Source: Octopus sinensis (Eukaryota). From it: 64,000 bases of DNA. Below are positions 51,142-64,000 of this stretch, piece by piece. The translations under genes and the position numbers were made by a program. Within the stretch, counting starts at the first letter, position 1. Each line of letters opens with the position of its first letter. The notes beneath the pieces were generated by a model. It ran no database searches, was not told the origin of the DNA, and saw nothing but the letters and a program-made list of their open reading frames with translations. The stretch lies in contig NC_043005.1 of the NCBI RefSeq assembly GCF_006345805.1, forward strand, positions 71,610,001 to 71,674,000, given 5' to 3'.

Positions 51142-51958
51142 ACATATAGATACATATATATATATATATATATATAATATATATATACACACACACATAC
51201 AACAAGCTTCCACGTGGACACATACAATTGGATCTTTGCTACACTATTAAGTTGGGGAGATGAATTGTCCAAGTTTAACCAGCAGAACATGGTTCATAAG
51301 TTCACATCTACTGTTATTGTAAACAGTTTTATGGAAGAATGACAGATAAAATATTGAGTTTAGGCTGCTTTGAGTCAAAGAACTTTTCTTTTACTTTGCT
51401 CCATAATTCTTTTTTTTTTTTTTTGGTATTTCATTCTTTATTTATGTTATTCTGCGGCAACATCGTGCCTAGATATTGCATATGTAGTGTAATGTAGGAG
51501 TTGGTGGTGTTCCAATACTTTTATACTTCACGTGAATATTAATACCTCGATGATACCACTTATTCCAATATTTCCATATTAACTGTTTTGGCTTGTTTGT
51601 TCCTTTCAAAGGAACTTTGTACTTTCATCTGGCATCACATGGAGGCAGGAACATTGCCAAGTTGCTGCTGTTCTTGTCGCTGTTCTTGATGCAGTTGTTT
51701 GTAGTTGTTGTTGTTGTTGTTGTTGCTGTTTATCAGCTTCAGCACCTGAGATTGTCCTTCAGATGTGTTAGACTTCCACCAGCATCAGTGTACAATAATG
51801 CTTCTCTTGCTGGAGAACGTTGGCTACATCGTCAGTCTTGGCTTCCAAAAAAATATTAGAGTGTTAGGTCACAAGGATTGGCAGTAAATCTAACTGCGAC
51901 ACAGGCAAGTAACAGTAGATCTCCATATTACATCAGAGCTCTCTGGAGCTAATCTTAC

Positions 51959-52060
51959 TCTCTTTCTTTCTTCCACTTTCTTGCTGTTTCTCTCTTTGTT
52001 TCTTTTTTCTCATTGTGCTTCCTTCGCAACTCTGCTTGCTTCCTGTGCAGGCTTAGTCTT
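51959..52060 (-). CDS. candidate 102-nt internal exon (Lys/Arg/Glu-rich)
   Basis: Acceptor TTTAAATCTTTCAG|, donor |GTAAGA, length divisible by 3, single open frame RLSLHRKQAELRRKHNEKKETKRETARKWKKER. Confidence 0.3.
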
Positions 52061-52838
52061 CTGAAAGATTTAAACCCAGCAATACACACAAACAAAACAG
52101 ACTTCAAACACTAAGTCTTTGATACTTGAAGCAATAAACTCGCCTCTCTTTTCATTGTACATATTTTAATGTAAAGGAAGGCTAGCATTGTAAAAGTTTT
52201 TGATCATCTTTGCTCCAGTTCCGGTAACACCCAATGCTGTGAGAATTCTCTGTTAAATAGTCAAGCAAACTATAGTTGTTCATGCAGTATCTCTCAATGA
52301 AAACTCCAGAATTCTCTATACTTCAAGTCACTTAACCATTGATAGAAACTATCAACTTGCTTCTGATAGCTAAGTCTGCAATGGAATAGCACTTCTATCC
52401 AAAACAAGAACTATTTCTGACCTACATAACTATGAAATCTAGAGAAAAAATATTAGTTTTTTATGAGTCCCTGTGACTCATGCAAATAGTCACCACATCC
52501 AACTCGCAAATGGAGTTAGAAAGACAGTGAGGAATGCAATATGATTATTAATGATCTGATGATAGTCTAGAAATAAAACTGATGTCTGAGATACTATCAC
52601 AAATAAATATTCTCCATTATCTGATTGATCTCTCTTATAGTCTGGCAGGCTATGGACTTGAACAGTCGTATATTTTTATTTTCATTTTTATTTTTATGCC
52701 ATAGATATTCTTATGGCCAGTGCCCATAACATTTTTGTTTTTCTTTCTACAGGGCCCCCAATCTATTCATCGTTTCATGGTTCAGTAGATTAGATAAACC
52801 CTACTGCAAAAGAACCACTTCACTAAAAGCATTAGGTC

Positions 52839-52882
<44 letters not shown>

Positions 52883-54389
52883 TGTGTGTGGTGCGCGCGC
52901 GTGTGTGTGTGCATGTGCATGTGTGTATGTAAAGGTGTTCTCTAAGCTTTGAATTTTCGTATATTTGACTTCAGTTAAAGGCAAATGCCTATACTGTTTC
53001 TCCGATTTGTAATTAATATTTGGAATTGGACAAAATTTTTATTAACAACATTTTATGTCGATTTTACTTCATGGATACAGGATTAACTGTGTGGGTGAGA
53101 ATTTGTATTGTAATCATGTAAATCCCAAAACAAATCTGGTTGGTAATCCACCTTGGACAAGTCTCTTCTACCATGAGTAAAATTAAATATACAGAAACAT
53201 AAGCATGAGCTGATAAGAGACTCAGTATATGAAGTTACACCTCAACACACACACATGCATGTGTGTATGTGCTTGTGTATGTATTAGTGTGATTGTGTGC
53301 ATTTTTGTGCTTCTGTATGTTTGTGTCCTCTTGTCTTGACATGGTGTTATAGTTGTGAATGAGTGCCACTGTCATTTCAAGCAGTCTCGTTTATTTCCAA
53401 TATTCTGTGAAAACATTTCTGGCCATCAAGAAATATCACCTTGACCACTTGATTTCTCTATGGCACCAAGCCATAGAAAAATCTGTCTCAATGAATGCCC
53501 CACTGACCTATGCGAGCATGGAAAAGAGGACGTTAAGCCAATGATGATGATTGTATATTGTAATAGTGTTGATGATGATGATGATGATGATGATGATGAC
53601 AATGATAGCACCGGTGAAATCTCTTATCAATTCCAATCAATGATGATACAAATTCTCAGCCAGTTGACTACTTGCGTCCGTAGTGAGCCATCAGATCAGC
53701 TTTAGATTTATATACAAGGTGCAGACACAACTGAGGCATGGGTATGGCTGAGGTGCAGATGTAGCTATGTGGTTAAGAAGCTTACTTCCCAACTACTTAG
53801 TGTAGGGTTCAGGGTTCAGTCCCACTGCATGGCTACTTGGGCAAGTTGCTTCTACTATAACACCAGACTGACCAAAAGTTTGTGAATGAATTTGGGAGAC
53901 AGAAACTAAAACAAAAAGCCTTTTGTATATGTATGTATGTAGGTATAAATATCAGTATGTATGTGTTTGTTACTGTTTGTGTGTGTGTGTGTGTATGTGT
54001 GCTTTTGTGTATGCGTATGGGTTACTGTTTCCTTGTTTTGACACGATGTGGAAGTTATAAACAAGTGTTGCTGCCATACAAAGAATTCCCCTCATTTCCA
54101 GTATTCTGCAAAAATATTTCTAGCCAAGGGGAAAATATTACCTAACATGGAAACAAATAGGGGTTGGAGACAGGAAGGGCATTCTGCATTAAAAAAAAAT
54201 CCGCCTCAACAAACTCAGACCAACACAAGCATGCTCAGAAAAATAAGCATTAAAATGACATTGATGATGAGGAGGATGATGATGATGTCAATTTATATTT
54301 GTGTCTTAAGAGAAGTCTCCCAAGATTTTGTGCACCAACATGACGTTGACTCTAGAGGAGGTCTTTGAATAGGTTTATCTCACTAATCT

Positions 54390-54595
54390 GAATTACGCAA
54401 CCTGTCTATCTAAATTGCACCTGGATAACATAAGCTTTAATTCCTGAAATGTCACATTACTTGAAAAGATGGTCATTATAGAGCATACCCTTTCAAATAT
54501 ACCTAAAGATGTCGATCTTTGCAAGAAACTTGGCATTTCAGGAATTGAAGTTTATCTTATCCAATCTCAATTTAGATGGACCGTTCGTGTAATTT
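54390..54595. repeat. old imperfect ~205-bp palindrome (MITE-like fold-back)
   Basis: GGATAACATAAGCTTTAATTCCTGAAATGTCA pairs with TGGCATTTCAGGAATTGAAGTTTATCTTATCC, with further pairing inside and outside. Confidence 0.75.
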
Positions 54596-54751
54596 GGTTG
54601 AGGAATGATTATATTCATCCAGCCATCCAGCCAAACGAGCATTTATAAATACATACATACAAACATATGTACACATAGAGAGAAGGAGGAGAAGCAAGAG
54701 AGAAAAACATATACACACATACATACATAATATATCCATGGATATATATAT

Positions 54752-54805
<54 letters not shown>

Positions 54806-54816
54806 TAGATATAGAT

Positions 54817-54870
<54 letters not shown>

Positions 54871-54899
54871 TAGATAGATATAGATATAGATATATCCAT

Positions 54900-54942
<43 letters not shown>

Positions 54943-55714
54943 AATAAATATATATAAATATATAGAGAGTTCAAATTTACAAAAAACAAAAGATAAAGAC
55001 AGGTGAGAGAACAACAAGCAGGTGTATAAGTGAGTGTATTATATATATAATATATATATATAATATATATATATGTGTATTTATGTATATATATGTATAT
55101 GTATGTATGTATACATACATACATGGTTACATATTCATATGTTAGTGGCTGTACCTAGACGTTACTGAAGTTTATTAGTACCTGAAACAATTATAATCGC
55201 ATGAATTTACTCTATTTTAGAATAATTGCTTTAAAGATTATGCTGATGGTCATCAGTTTGTTTGAGAATGTCCATTCATTCACAATAGTCGTAGCTACAA
55301 AATTTAGAAGATCGTTCAAGCTTCATAACAAACCAACAAAATTGCTGAACAAACAAATATACAACCTAAAATAAAATTATACTCTTACAATTTTTGTTTT
55401 ATTTTGTCGGAAATCTCTCTTCTTCTTTAAAAAGTATTGTTATTAATTTGCGTAATTGCTCTAAATGAATTATTTTGTTAATCGGTAAATTTTTCTAGTG
55501 CCTATTTCAGTGGTAGTGGATATATGATATTATCAGTTATTTTGTTAGAAGCCAAAAAAGAGCAAGTTTCTGAACAATATAGTATAACTTTTGACCTTCT
55601 GACTGTGCAAAGCTGTAACTTGGAACATACATACATTGTATACATTAAGATGTGTGTGTGTCTGTGTGTGTGTGTGTGCATATATATATATAGTGTGTGT
55701 GTGTGTGTTTGTGG

Positions 55715-55960
55715 AGGTGTGTGGCCTAGTGGTTAGGGTGTTGGGGTCATGATTATGAGATTGTGGTTTTGATTTCTGGACAACGCCATGGGTGTTGTGG
55801 TCTTGAGCAAAATTCAATATACTTTTCTATGCTGCTCCACTTGACTCAGCAGGAAAAAAATTGGGTAAAGCAGTGATGGAGCAGCTTCCCATTCAAAGGG
55901 AAAATATATGTGCCACAGAACCTGGGAAACCAGCCATTCAGCTTATGGCCCAAGAAGGGG
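55715..55960 (+). mobile_element. tRNA-derived SINE (family D-like head)
   Basis: TGGCCTAGTGGTTAGGGTGTTGG..GGTTTTGATTTCTGG..TTGTGGTCTTGAGCAA. Confidence 0.7.
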
Positions 55961-56550
55961 CTTTGATCCTTTTTTAAAACATACACACACACATACATGT
56001 GTGTGTGTGTGTGTGTGGTGTTTGTGTGTGTGTTTGTGTATATGTATCATTATCATCAGTTTAACATTTACATTTCCATGCTTGTATGGGTCAGACAGAA
56101 TCTGTTGAATTAGATTTTCTATGGCCAGGCACCCTTGCTGTCACCAACTCTCAACTTTCTCCACATAAGTTGATATTTCTCCATGTCCAGATATGTTTAC
56201 ACAGAATATTGGAAACAAAGAACACCACTTGTGTGACAGTGACATCCATTTACAACTGTCCCAGGATTTTAACTCACCGAGCCAGTAATAGACACACACA
56301 CACACACACACACGCACATGACGGGCTTCTTTCAGTTTCCATCTACCAAATCCACTCACAAGACTTTTGTTGGCCCAAAGCTATAGTAGAAGACACTTCC
56401 ATAAAGTGCCACACTGTGAGACTGAACCCAGAACCAAGCTACTTACCACACAGCCAAATATATATATGTGTATATATATATGTATAAATTTTTTTTCCAT
56501 AATGCGATAAAAACCAAAGCTGTGTAGATTTTAGAACATTTATAAATAGG

Positions 56551-56597
56551 TCTTACAGCTGTTTCTAGGATATTTATTATATCCGTTCATCGGAGAT
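56551..56597 (-). ncRNA. minimal type I hammerhead-like motif (CCGAUGA core) in a PLE-like remnant ~56500-56790
   Basis: Minus strand TCT-CCGATGA-AC-GGATAT-AATAA-ATATCC-TA-GAAAC-AGCT-GTA-AGA. Confidence 0.55.
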
Positions 56598-57747
56598 GAT
56601 GTGAGAAGATGGTTAAGCAATAGTTAATTTAGATAAGATTCGAAATAGACAGTGAGGTGGATGAATGAAAATAGATGTGAGATATGTAAGGATATTGAAT
56701 TTGTAGATCCATTATTTAGGCAGAATGGTATACATATAATATTCCAATACATTATGAGTAAATTCCAATAGAATTTAAAATTGGTCATTCCAAGTATAGT
56801 GTTTTTACACAGTGTTATTGAATCAAGGGTTTTATTTAAAGTGACTTAAAAAAGTACCTGGGAAAACCCATAGTCACATTACTTCGATATTGTATTACTT
56901 TCTTTTCTTAATGAAGAACAGTGCAAAACAAATGAAATTTAGCTGCTATTTGTAGCAGGTCGAGAAACTTCAGAAGGTCAAATGGAAGAATTATTTCCTC
57001 CCACTATACATAAAAACAAATAAATTATATTTGATTTTTAAACTTCATCCAATTTCTTTTGCAACCAAAATTCTCTTCATGAAAATAGGAACTTCAAAGC
57101 TTATTATATTACTAAAAAAAAAAAAAGCCAATTAAAAAATTAGTAATTTGCTACCAATTCCCTGTTTCATCATGTATTTGATAATATTTCAAATTTCAAT
57201 TAAGTTCACACTAGTTTCTTACAATTCTCAATATAGATTTTAATTTTCTACCTAATTAATAAGAATTATTTGCTTTATATTTTTATTTTGGCAATTTTTT
57301 TTCATTTTACTATTATATACATTTATTTCATTATTTTATTTTTTCCACCAGTTGTTATACAATATTTAGAAATATTCAATATATACCACCAGAGATTGAT
57401 TTAAAATTATGCCTTTTATCATTGCACTCCTCAATCAAACTCAACGTCTTAGAATTCTGTATAGACTTTAATGGTGCCAGAGAAATTCAAATTCATTTGA
57501 GTTCAGTCAATTTCAAATTCTGAAAGCTAGTCTGTCTAGAATTGGTACCATAATAATAAGTTAATAATAATAATAATAATAATAATATCATACATTGTGC
57601 GTGTGAAGTAGAAACACAGTTTTAGCTAGATTTCTTTGTTCATAAATGAAGCTTATTTTTAGTTTAATACAATACTTTAGATAGATATATATATATAACT
57701 AAAATACATATATCTGTACATGTGTATATACATACATACCTACCTAC

Positions 57748-57798
<51 letters not shown>

Positions 57799-58769
57799 GC
57801 ATGTATACAGATGCATATATGTATGTGTACATGTGTAGAGCATTCATATCAATGGTAGAAATGATATAGAAGGATATGTGCATTTATATAGATAGATATA
57901 TACATATTGATCCTTTTTCTGTCTCACATGTTCATCATCATCATCATCATCATTTCAATGTACACTTTCTATACTTGTAACTGTGGAATAGACTTTATTG
58001 AAGTCGATTTTCTTCAGCCAGATGCCCTTCTTATCATCAACTCTCATCTGTTTCCAGGCAAGGTCATATTTCCTCATGGCCAGACATGTTTTTGAATGCT
58101 CATTTATGAATTCCTAAAATCAAAGATTATCTATTTTTCTCAATCCAAATATACCAGTTTCAATCTTACATACTTGAAATTAGCCCCTCATACTAAAAAG
58201 CCTCCTAACCCATAATCTATCTAATCTGCTAGAAATAACAACCAATTTTCCTTTAATCCTTACCCTACAATCTTTGCAGGGAAAATAGCACATCATATGA
58301 ATTGGCTCTTGATGCACTGTAGCTATTTAAGAAAAACTTCATGATGGTCATGAATGGATTGTCTTATTAGAAGTTTGCTTAACCAATTCTGATGTGAGAT
58401 TAAGCAACAGAAACAGCTACTTGTCATTTTTCTCTCATCCATTTCCTCAATCTGAAATGTGTTGTTGATATATCGAATATCCCAAAATACATTGTGACCT
58501 GATCCAGGCAGGAAAGGGTATGATATTTATTTCCAAGACAACTTAATGCTACCAAGGTCACAATTAATAATTATCTGCTTTTGATGTCTGGTATTCTAAG
58601 AGCAGTCTGATATTAGAACTGGAACTACCAAAGGAAATTTTGCACATTTCTTCAGCTTGCTCAATAGAACACTAATCTCACTTAAGTAACACTCCTACGA
58701 TTTTAAAAATAGGGAGTTGATGTTTTTAGCCCCAGATATCTGAAGAAAAATGTTAACAATCGTTTTGGT

Positions 58770-58935
58770 GTAGGCTTGGCTGTGCAGTTTAGAAGCTTGC
58801 TTTGAAGCCATGTGGTTTCAAGTTCAGTCTCACAGCACAGCACCTTAGATAAGTGTCTTCTACTATAGCCCTGGGTCAACCAATGCCTTGTGAGTAAATT
58901 TCATTGACAGAAACTGAGTAGAAGCCTGTTGTATG
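58770..58935 (+). mobile_element. SINE family A head, diverged
   Basis: GGCTTGGCTGTGCAGTTTAGAAGCTTGC..AAGTGTCTTCTACTATAGCC. Confidence 0.7.
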
Positions 58936-60779
58936 TATATTTGTGTGTGTATGTTTGCTTGTGCATAGGGTATGTGTGGGGTCTTTGCACTAGCATAGCT
59001 AGGTGGGGGTGGTAGGGCACAGTTCACCCTGGGTGGAACTTTTAAAAGAGGCTCCACTTTTGGGTTTGCCATATGTAGGCAAAATGTATTTTTGTGGGGC
59101 AAGGAGCCATTTACACGTGATTTTGATGTCACATTCATTGAAAGCATGTGAAATAACTTTGGAAAAGAAAAAAAACACAAAACAAAACTCTGTTGGTGGG
59201 AAACTCCAAGGTCTTACAGCCCTTCCCCTCATTCTTTTCTGGAAGAAAGTTGCTTGCAGTGGGTTTGGAGATGAGAATCATTGAATACACTTGAAAAATA
59301 CCTGTGGAAAAATACTCGAAATTCTCTCACAAAAATCCTGTATGAACGGGTCCTTTATGAAATATTTACCCAAGATCAGGACAGGCATACAAATAGAAAG
59401 ATCGATGAGACTGATAAAGCAAGGACTGAGCATCTGGCAGAACAGAGCAAAAGATACAGAAGCAGGGGTGATCAGGAATTGGACACTCGGAGAGATGAGC
59501 GTCTGGTGATACAGACGGAAAGAGACAAAAGCAGTGACGTCATGAATTGGATGTGAATTCATATGGAATAAAGCAAGTTTTGTGTAAATCGAACTATGGA
59601 TTACTGAGATACATGGTTTTTTGGGGTACCTTTATAAATAGCCAAACCGGCATATAATGGGGAAAATTCTTTGAAAGTAAGGTACTGTTGAAATGTGAAT
59701 ACACACACAATAATGAATGTTTTGCATAAATTGGACCACAGATTCCTGAAATACATGGTTTCTTCGGGTATCTTGAACTACTGGTGACCAAGGGTATATA
59801 TATATATATACACACACACATATCTATACATACTCACACACATATGTTGCTAGTAATACTAGCCAGATTCCCTCAAATTACTCAGGAATGTTTGAAATGT
59901 GGGAAACAGAGGGCAACTGTATTTGAAAAATTATAGTTCTGCTTATATTATATATGTTAAACACAAACTGAATGATCACAACTTGAGTGCCTTTGATCAT
60001 AGGTCTACTCATTCAGGCCTATCATGAGGCACAGCAACAACAACAGCAACAATATCTTCAACAGCAGCAGCAGCAGCAACAATGGTCATGATCAAAATAT
60101 GAACACAATGAGCACATTTAATGATTTTACAGTCTTTTTACACAAAAATCTATCTGCTGAAATCTATATGTTTTCATAGCTGTCTGAATTTTAATAATTT
60201 AGTGGTGAAAAAATTAGATTTTAGATTCATGCATAAATTCATATAGATTTTTATTCATTTAAAAAAAAAAAGTCTTCTTTATGTAAGATTATATACTAGT
60301 GTATGTATGTATATATGCATGTGTTTGAGAATCTGTGTGCATGCCTGTGTGTGTGCATGCACGGGTGTGTGCATGTGTGTATGGGTTGTTGTGGTGTGTG
60401 TGTGTGTGTGAATATTTCCATTTCTGCTATGAATATTATTAGAATATACACACATGCATACACACTTACATAGCATGCATACTCATGCATGTAGATACGT
60501 ACACAAAGGGAGATATAAAAAACTGATACGCAAGTAAATACATATGTTAATACATATATAAAAAAAAAGTTCCCATATACAAACATACATACATATTGAA
60601 AGAAACACACATACACCCACAAATAAAACAAATATATGTATGCTTTATTCACATACATATCTACACACACACACTTCAATGTGCATACACATTTTTTCTT
60701 AAGATTAAACAAAACTCATGAATATAAATGTGTGAGCAAAGAAATGCTTATATGCTATGTATGTATATTTGTATGTCTT

Positions 60780-60789
60780 CATATATATA

Positions 60790-60868
<79 letters not shown>

Positions 60869-60990
60869 TTATATATATATATGTTTATATATATATATAT
60901 GTATGTTTATATATATATGTTTATATATATATATGTGTGTGTATATATATATATATGTTTATATATATATATGTTTATATATATATGTAT

Positions 60991-61035
<45 letters not shown>
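60780..61035. repeat. (TA)n with recurring TGTT interruptions
   Basis: Direct observation. Confidence 0.9.
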
Positions 61036-62046
61036 TTTGTATTTTGAGAGAAAGCGGGCGGGGGTCCGTGGGAGCGTTGTTTCCTTTGAAACTGAATAAT
61101 ACCAGGTTTCTAATAGAGATAATGAATGAATGTTTGTTGGGATCCATTTAGACTGCACGAGTTACTTAAGCTCATATACATGCAATACACACATACACTC
61201 ATATATATATACATAAGCTCACTCTCTCTCTCTCTCTCGTTATATATATATATATATCTGTATATATAGATATAATATATACACACACAAACATACATTA
61301 ACACACATTATCTTGGAGAATTTCCTTGTAGGAAGTTGCAACATATACCCACTACTAGCAAAGCAGGAATAAATCTGTTCAGAAACTCTCAGACTTAGCA
61401 ACAGGGGGTTCAATGCACCATATTATAGTTACACATGTTATTTTATTTATTCTGCCTATGCTTTTTGTCTGCAATCTACTTAGTCATATGTTAGGTATTA
61501 TTAAACTAACTCTGGCAAGGGTAACTTCACAAATGATGTAGATCGCAGTAGTAAACAGAATCAACTGTTTAGGTGTTGCATTCCAACCTTTCCAAGCATG
61601 CATTATTTCATGTCAGGTGCATGGCACACAAAGCTGCAGCTCAAATTGTACAGTTATGAAGCAAGAGCTTGGTTGATTCTAAAACGTATTCTTTGTACAA
61701 GTCTTTCAAAAGCAATACTCTTTTTTTTTTTATCCTTAATATCCTGTGGTTATAAACTCCAGAATAGTGCAACAGATGAAGGATGTTGCTGGAGATTCCT
61801 CAAGTGAGTTTAGCACAGAGGTTAGCGTAAATGAGCATCCAAAACACATCCTTGATGGGAGAGTCCATCATATATACAGGGACAGAGAGAGTGTGTGTGT
61901 GTGTGTGTGTGTGCGTGAGAAAGAGAGAAAACGTGAGAGAGAGTGAGAGAGATTATAATTTTTATTTTCCTCTGAAGAGTGGTGAGTATTGATATAATAT
62001 GTATTATTTCATATACATTTGCTAACATCAACTTACTTCATGTATG

Positions 62047-62080
<34 letters not shown>

Positions 62081-62461
62081 ATATATACAGAGAGAGAGAG
62101 AGAGAGGTGCATACAATTCAGAGTATTGCACTTACTAAGCATCAAACCTCAGAAACAGCTGTAAAGAATTATCTGTATTCTCCTTTCACTTATTTTTGAA
62201 GTCTGAACATGCACTCTCCACTTATCTACCTACCTGTCTATGAAGAATTTCTCTGAAGAACTACTTCGGTTCTCCTCTCTTTTATCTGTGATATTAGAGT
62301 ATGAGATTTCAGTGTGTCTTCCTAACTATGAACGACTACTATAAACTCAAGCTGTACTGATTTTTCTTGTTCTTCTGCTTAATTAAACTGATACTCACTT
62401 CTGTATAACTATTTTATAAATGCTTTGATATCAAAAAAGACCACTTGTCCATCTTTTATTT

Positions 62462-62515
<54 letters not shown>

Positions 62516-63289
62516 TGTGAGATGCTTCATTATGATTCAACTTCCCTTTAGTTCTTCTAAGTAGCACTGTGTATTGAAGGTTTGTTTTGTAGTTAACCTC
62601 AAAGGATGATAACAGCCTATAGATATTTTGATACAACTCTTAACTCTTTTGAAGCCATCCCACTTAACACTATATCTGGTGTTTTATGACAGGAAATCTG
62701 TCGCTGTAAAATGTTTATAGTCTAACTACAACTTCCCATTCAAATTTTCAGTAAGAGTTTTATGTTATGTTCTACCAGCTATTTTAATAACGAAGAAAAA
62801 AATTATATATTTTACTACATCTCACTAGACTTTTACATGATTTAAAACTTAATCAAAACTTATATATATGTGTATTTAATTATGAATATACTTAAAGAAA
62901 TGTAGTTACTCTCAGTAAATACTTTAACCTTGTACCATTTAAATTGACTGTATCAATTCCAAATATTCTACCTGTTTTATGTTCAAACTAGCCAGATCCA
63001 GTCTCTCACACCTTCCTTACAATGTCATTCACATCATCAAAATTTTGAAGCTATGAGATAATACAGGATTAATTCAAGGCAATGTGAGTAAATAAGCATT
63101 ACATTTGGTAGCATAATATGAATGCTAAAGAGTTATGCATGAGGTGGTCATGTGTATCTCCTCCACAGCAACAAATCTGATCCTATCCATTCTTTCATAC
63201 TTTAACTCCTTGCATAAAACTGCCTCCTTCTCTTCTGTATTGTCATTCAGTCAGGAGGGATCTTTAGTCTTGTGAGATATCTGCCTCGA

Positions 63290-63780
63290 CTGGCCTCCAT
63301 ACTGGTGGCACGTAAAAAGCACCCCAAATTGTGGCCGTTGCCAGCCTCGCCTGGCACCTGTGCCGGTGGCATCTAAAAAGCACCCACTACACTCACGGAG
63401 TGTTTGGCATTAGGAAGGGCATCCAGCTGTAGAAACAGTGCCAGATCAGACTGGTGCCTGGTGCAGCCTCCTGGCTTCCCAGACCCCAGTTGAACTGTCC
63501 AACCCATGCTAGCATGGAAAATGGACGTTAAATGATGATGATGATGATGATGATGTAGCAATTTCATTAATTTTGGTGCCATGAAAAATGCATCCATATA
63601 TTCCGTAGAATGGTTAGCACTAGGAAGATCATCCATCTACAGCAACCATGTCATTGCTGATGTTAAAGCACGATGCAGTCCTCCTTCACCTTGGATTCTT
63701 CTGAAGCACTCAACCCAAGCTAACATGGAAGATGGATGTTAAATGATGTCGATGATGATGATGATGATGATGATGAATGG
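63290..63780 (+). mobile_element. two tandem SINE family C copies ending in (GAT)n
   Basis: 63290-63555 is well conserved; 63560-63780 is diverged with the same tail ATGGATGTTAAATGATG. Confidence 0.8.
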
Positions 63781-64000
63781 CATTGAGCAAAAATAATTTT
63801 TTGGCATCTTATGTTTACCAAATATCAGATATCTGTCTTGTGTTCTTAAATGACAATGATGTATCCTTCTAAAGAATCAATGCAATGTAACTACTTGCTA
63901 TTCCCAGATATAGAAGGGTTACTCTTCCAGTTACTTTACATGTCTGTCATTCCTTCAAGCTTCAAAGATATATGACATAAATCATAATATTTAGTTTATT

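Noticed and set aside
50199-51223. 185-267 aa repetitive ORFs
   Set aside because: Translations of the 28-bp minisatellite and (TA)n.
52550-52595. CTGATGA-TAGTCTA-GAAA motif
   Set aside because: Stem II is too short to form and stem I has no partner.
62100-62270. Permuted (type II) hammerhead from ACCTC-AGAAAC-AGCT-GTA and downstream CTGAAGA
   Set aside because: Sequence after CTGAAGA does not pair with ACCTC; only a 3' half-motif is supportable.

Overview
AT-rich animal genomic DNA, almost certainly intronic or intergenic. The SINE complement and the dense (TA)n/(CA)n/(TATC)n/(ATC)n microsatellites point to an octopus genome; this is inferred from recognising the repeats, not from a search. 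No protein-coding gene could be identified with confidence, and nearly all ORFs in the supplied track are microsatellite or SINE read-throughs. Supported content: many SINE copies from about four families, two degraded Tc1/mariner transposase fragments (DD37D-like and DD41D-like), Tigger/pogo-type ends, a CR1-like and an RTE-like LINE fragment, and a non-autonomous Helitron nested in another repeat. There is also a ~600-bp tandem duplication, a SINE-derived hierarchical tandem array and a 28-bp minisatellite. The most striking signal is a series of palindromic or inverted elements inserted in (TA)n tracts that carry minimal type I hammerhead-ribozyme folds (stem I - CUGANGA - stem II - GAAAC - palindromic stem III - GUH - stem I). 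This architecture is known from Penelope-like retroelements. At least five sequence-distinct families occur in this one window, ranging from canonical (12.5-12.8 kb) to core-variant or decayed. Coordinates were read by eye, so repeat boundaries are approximate.
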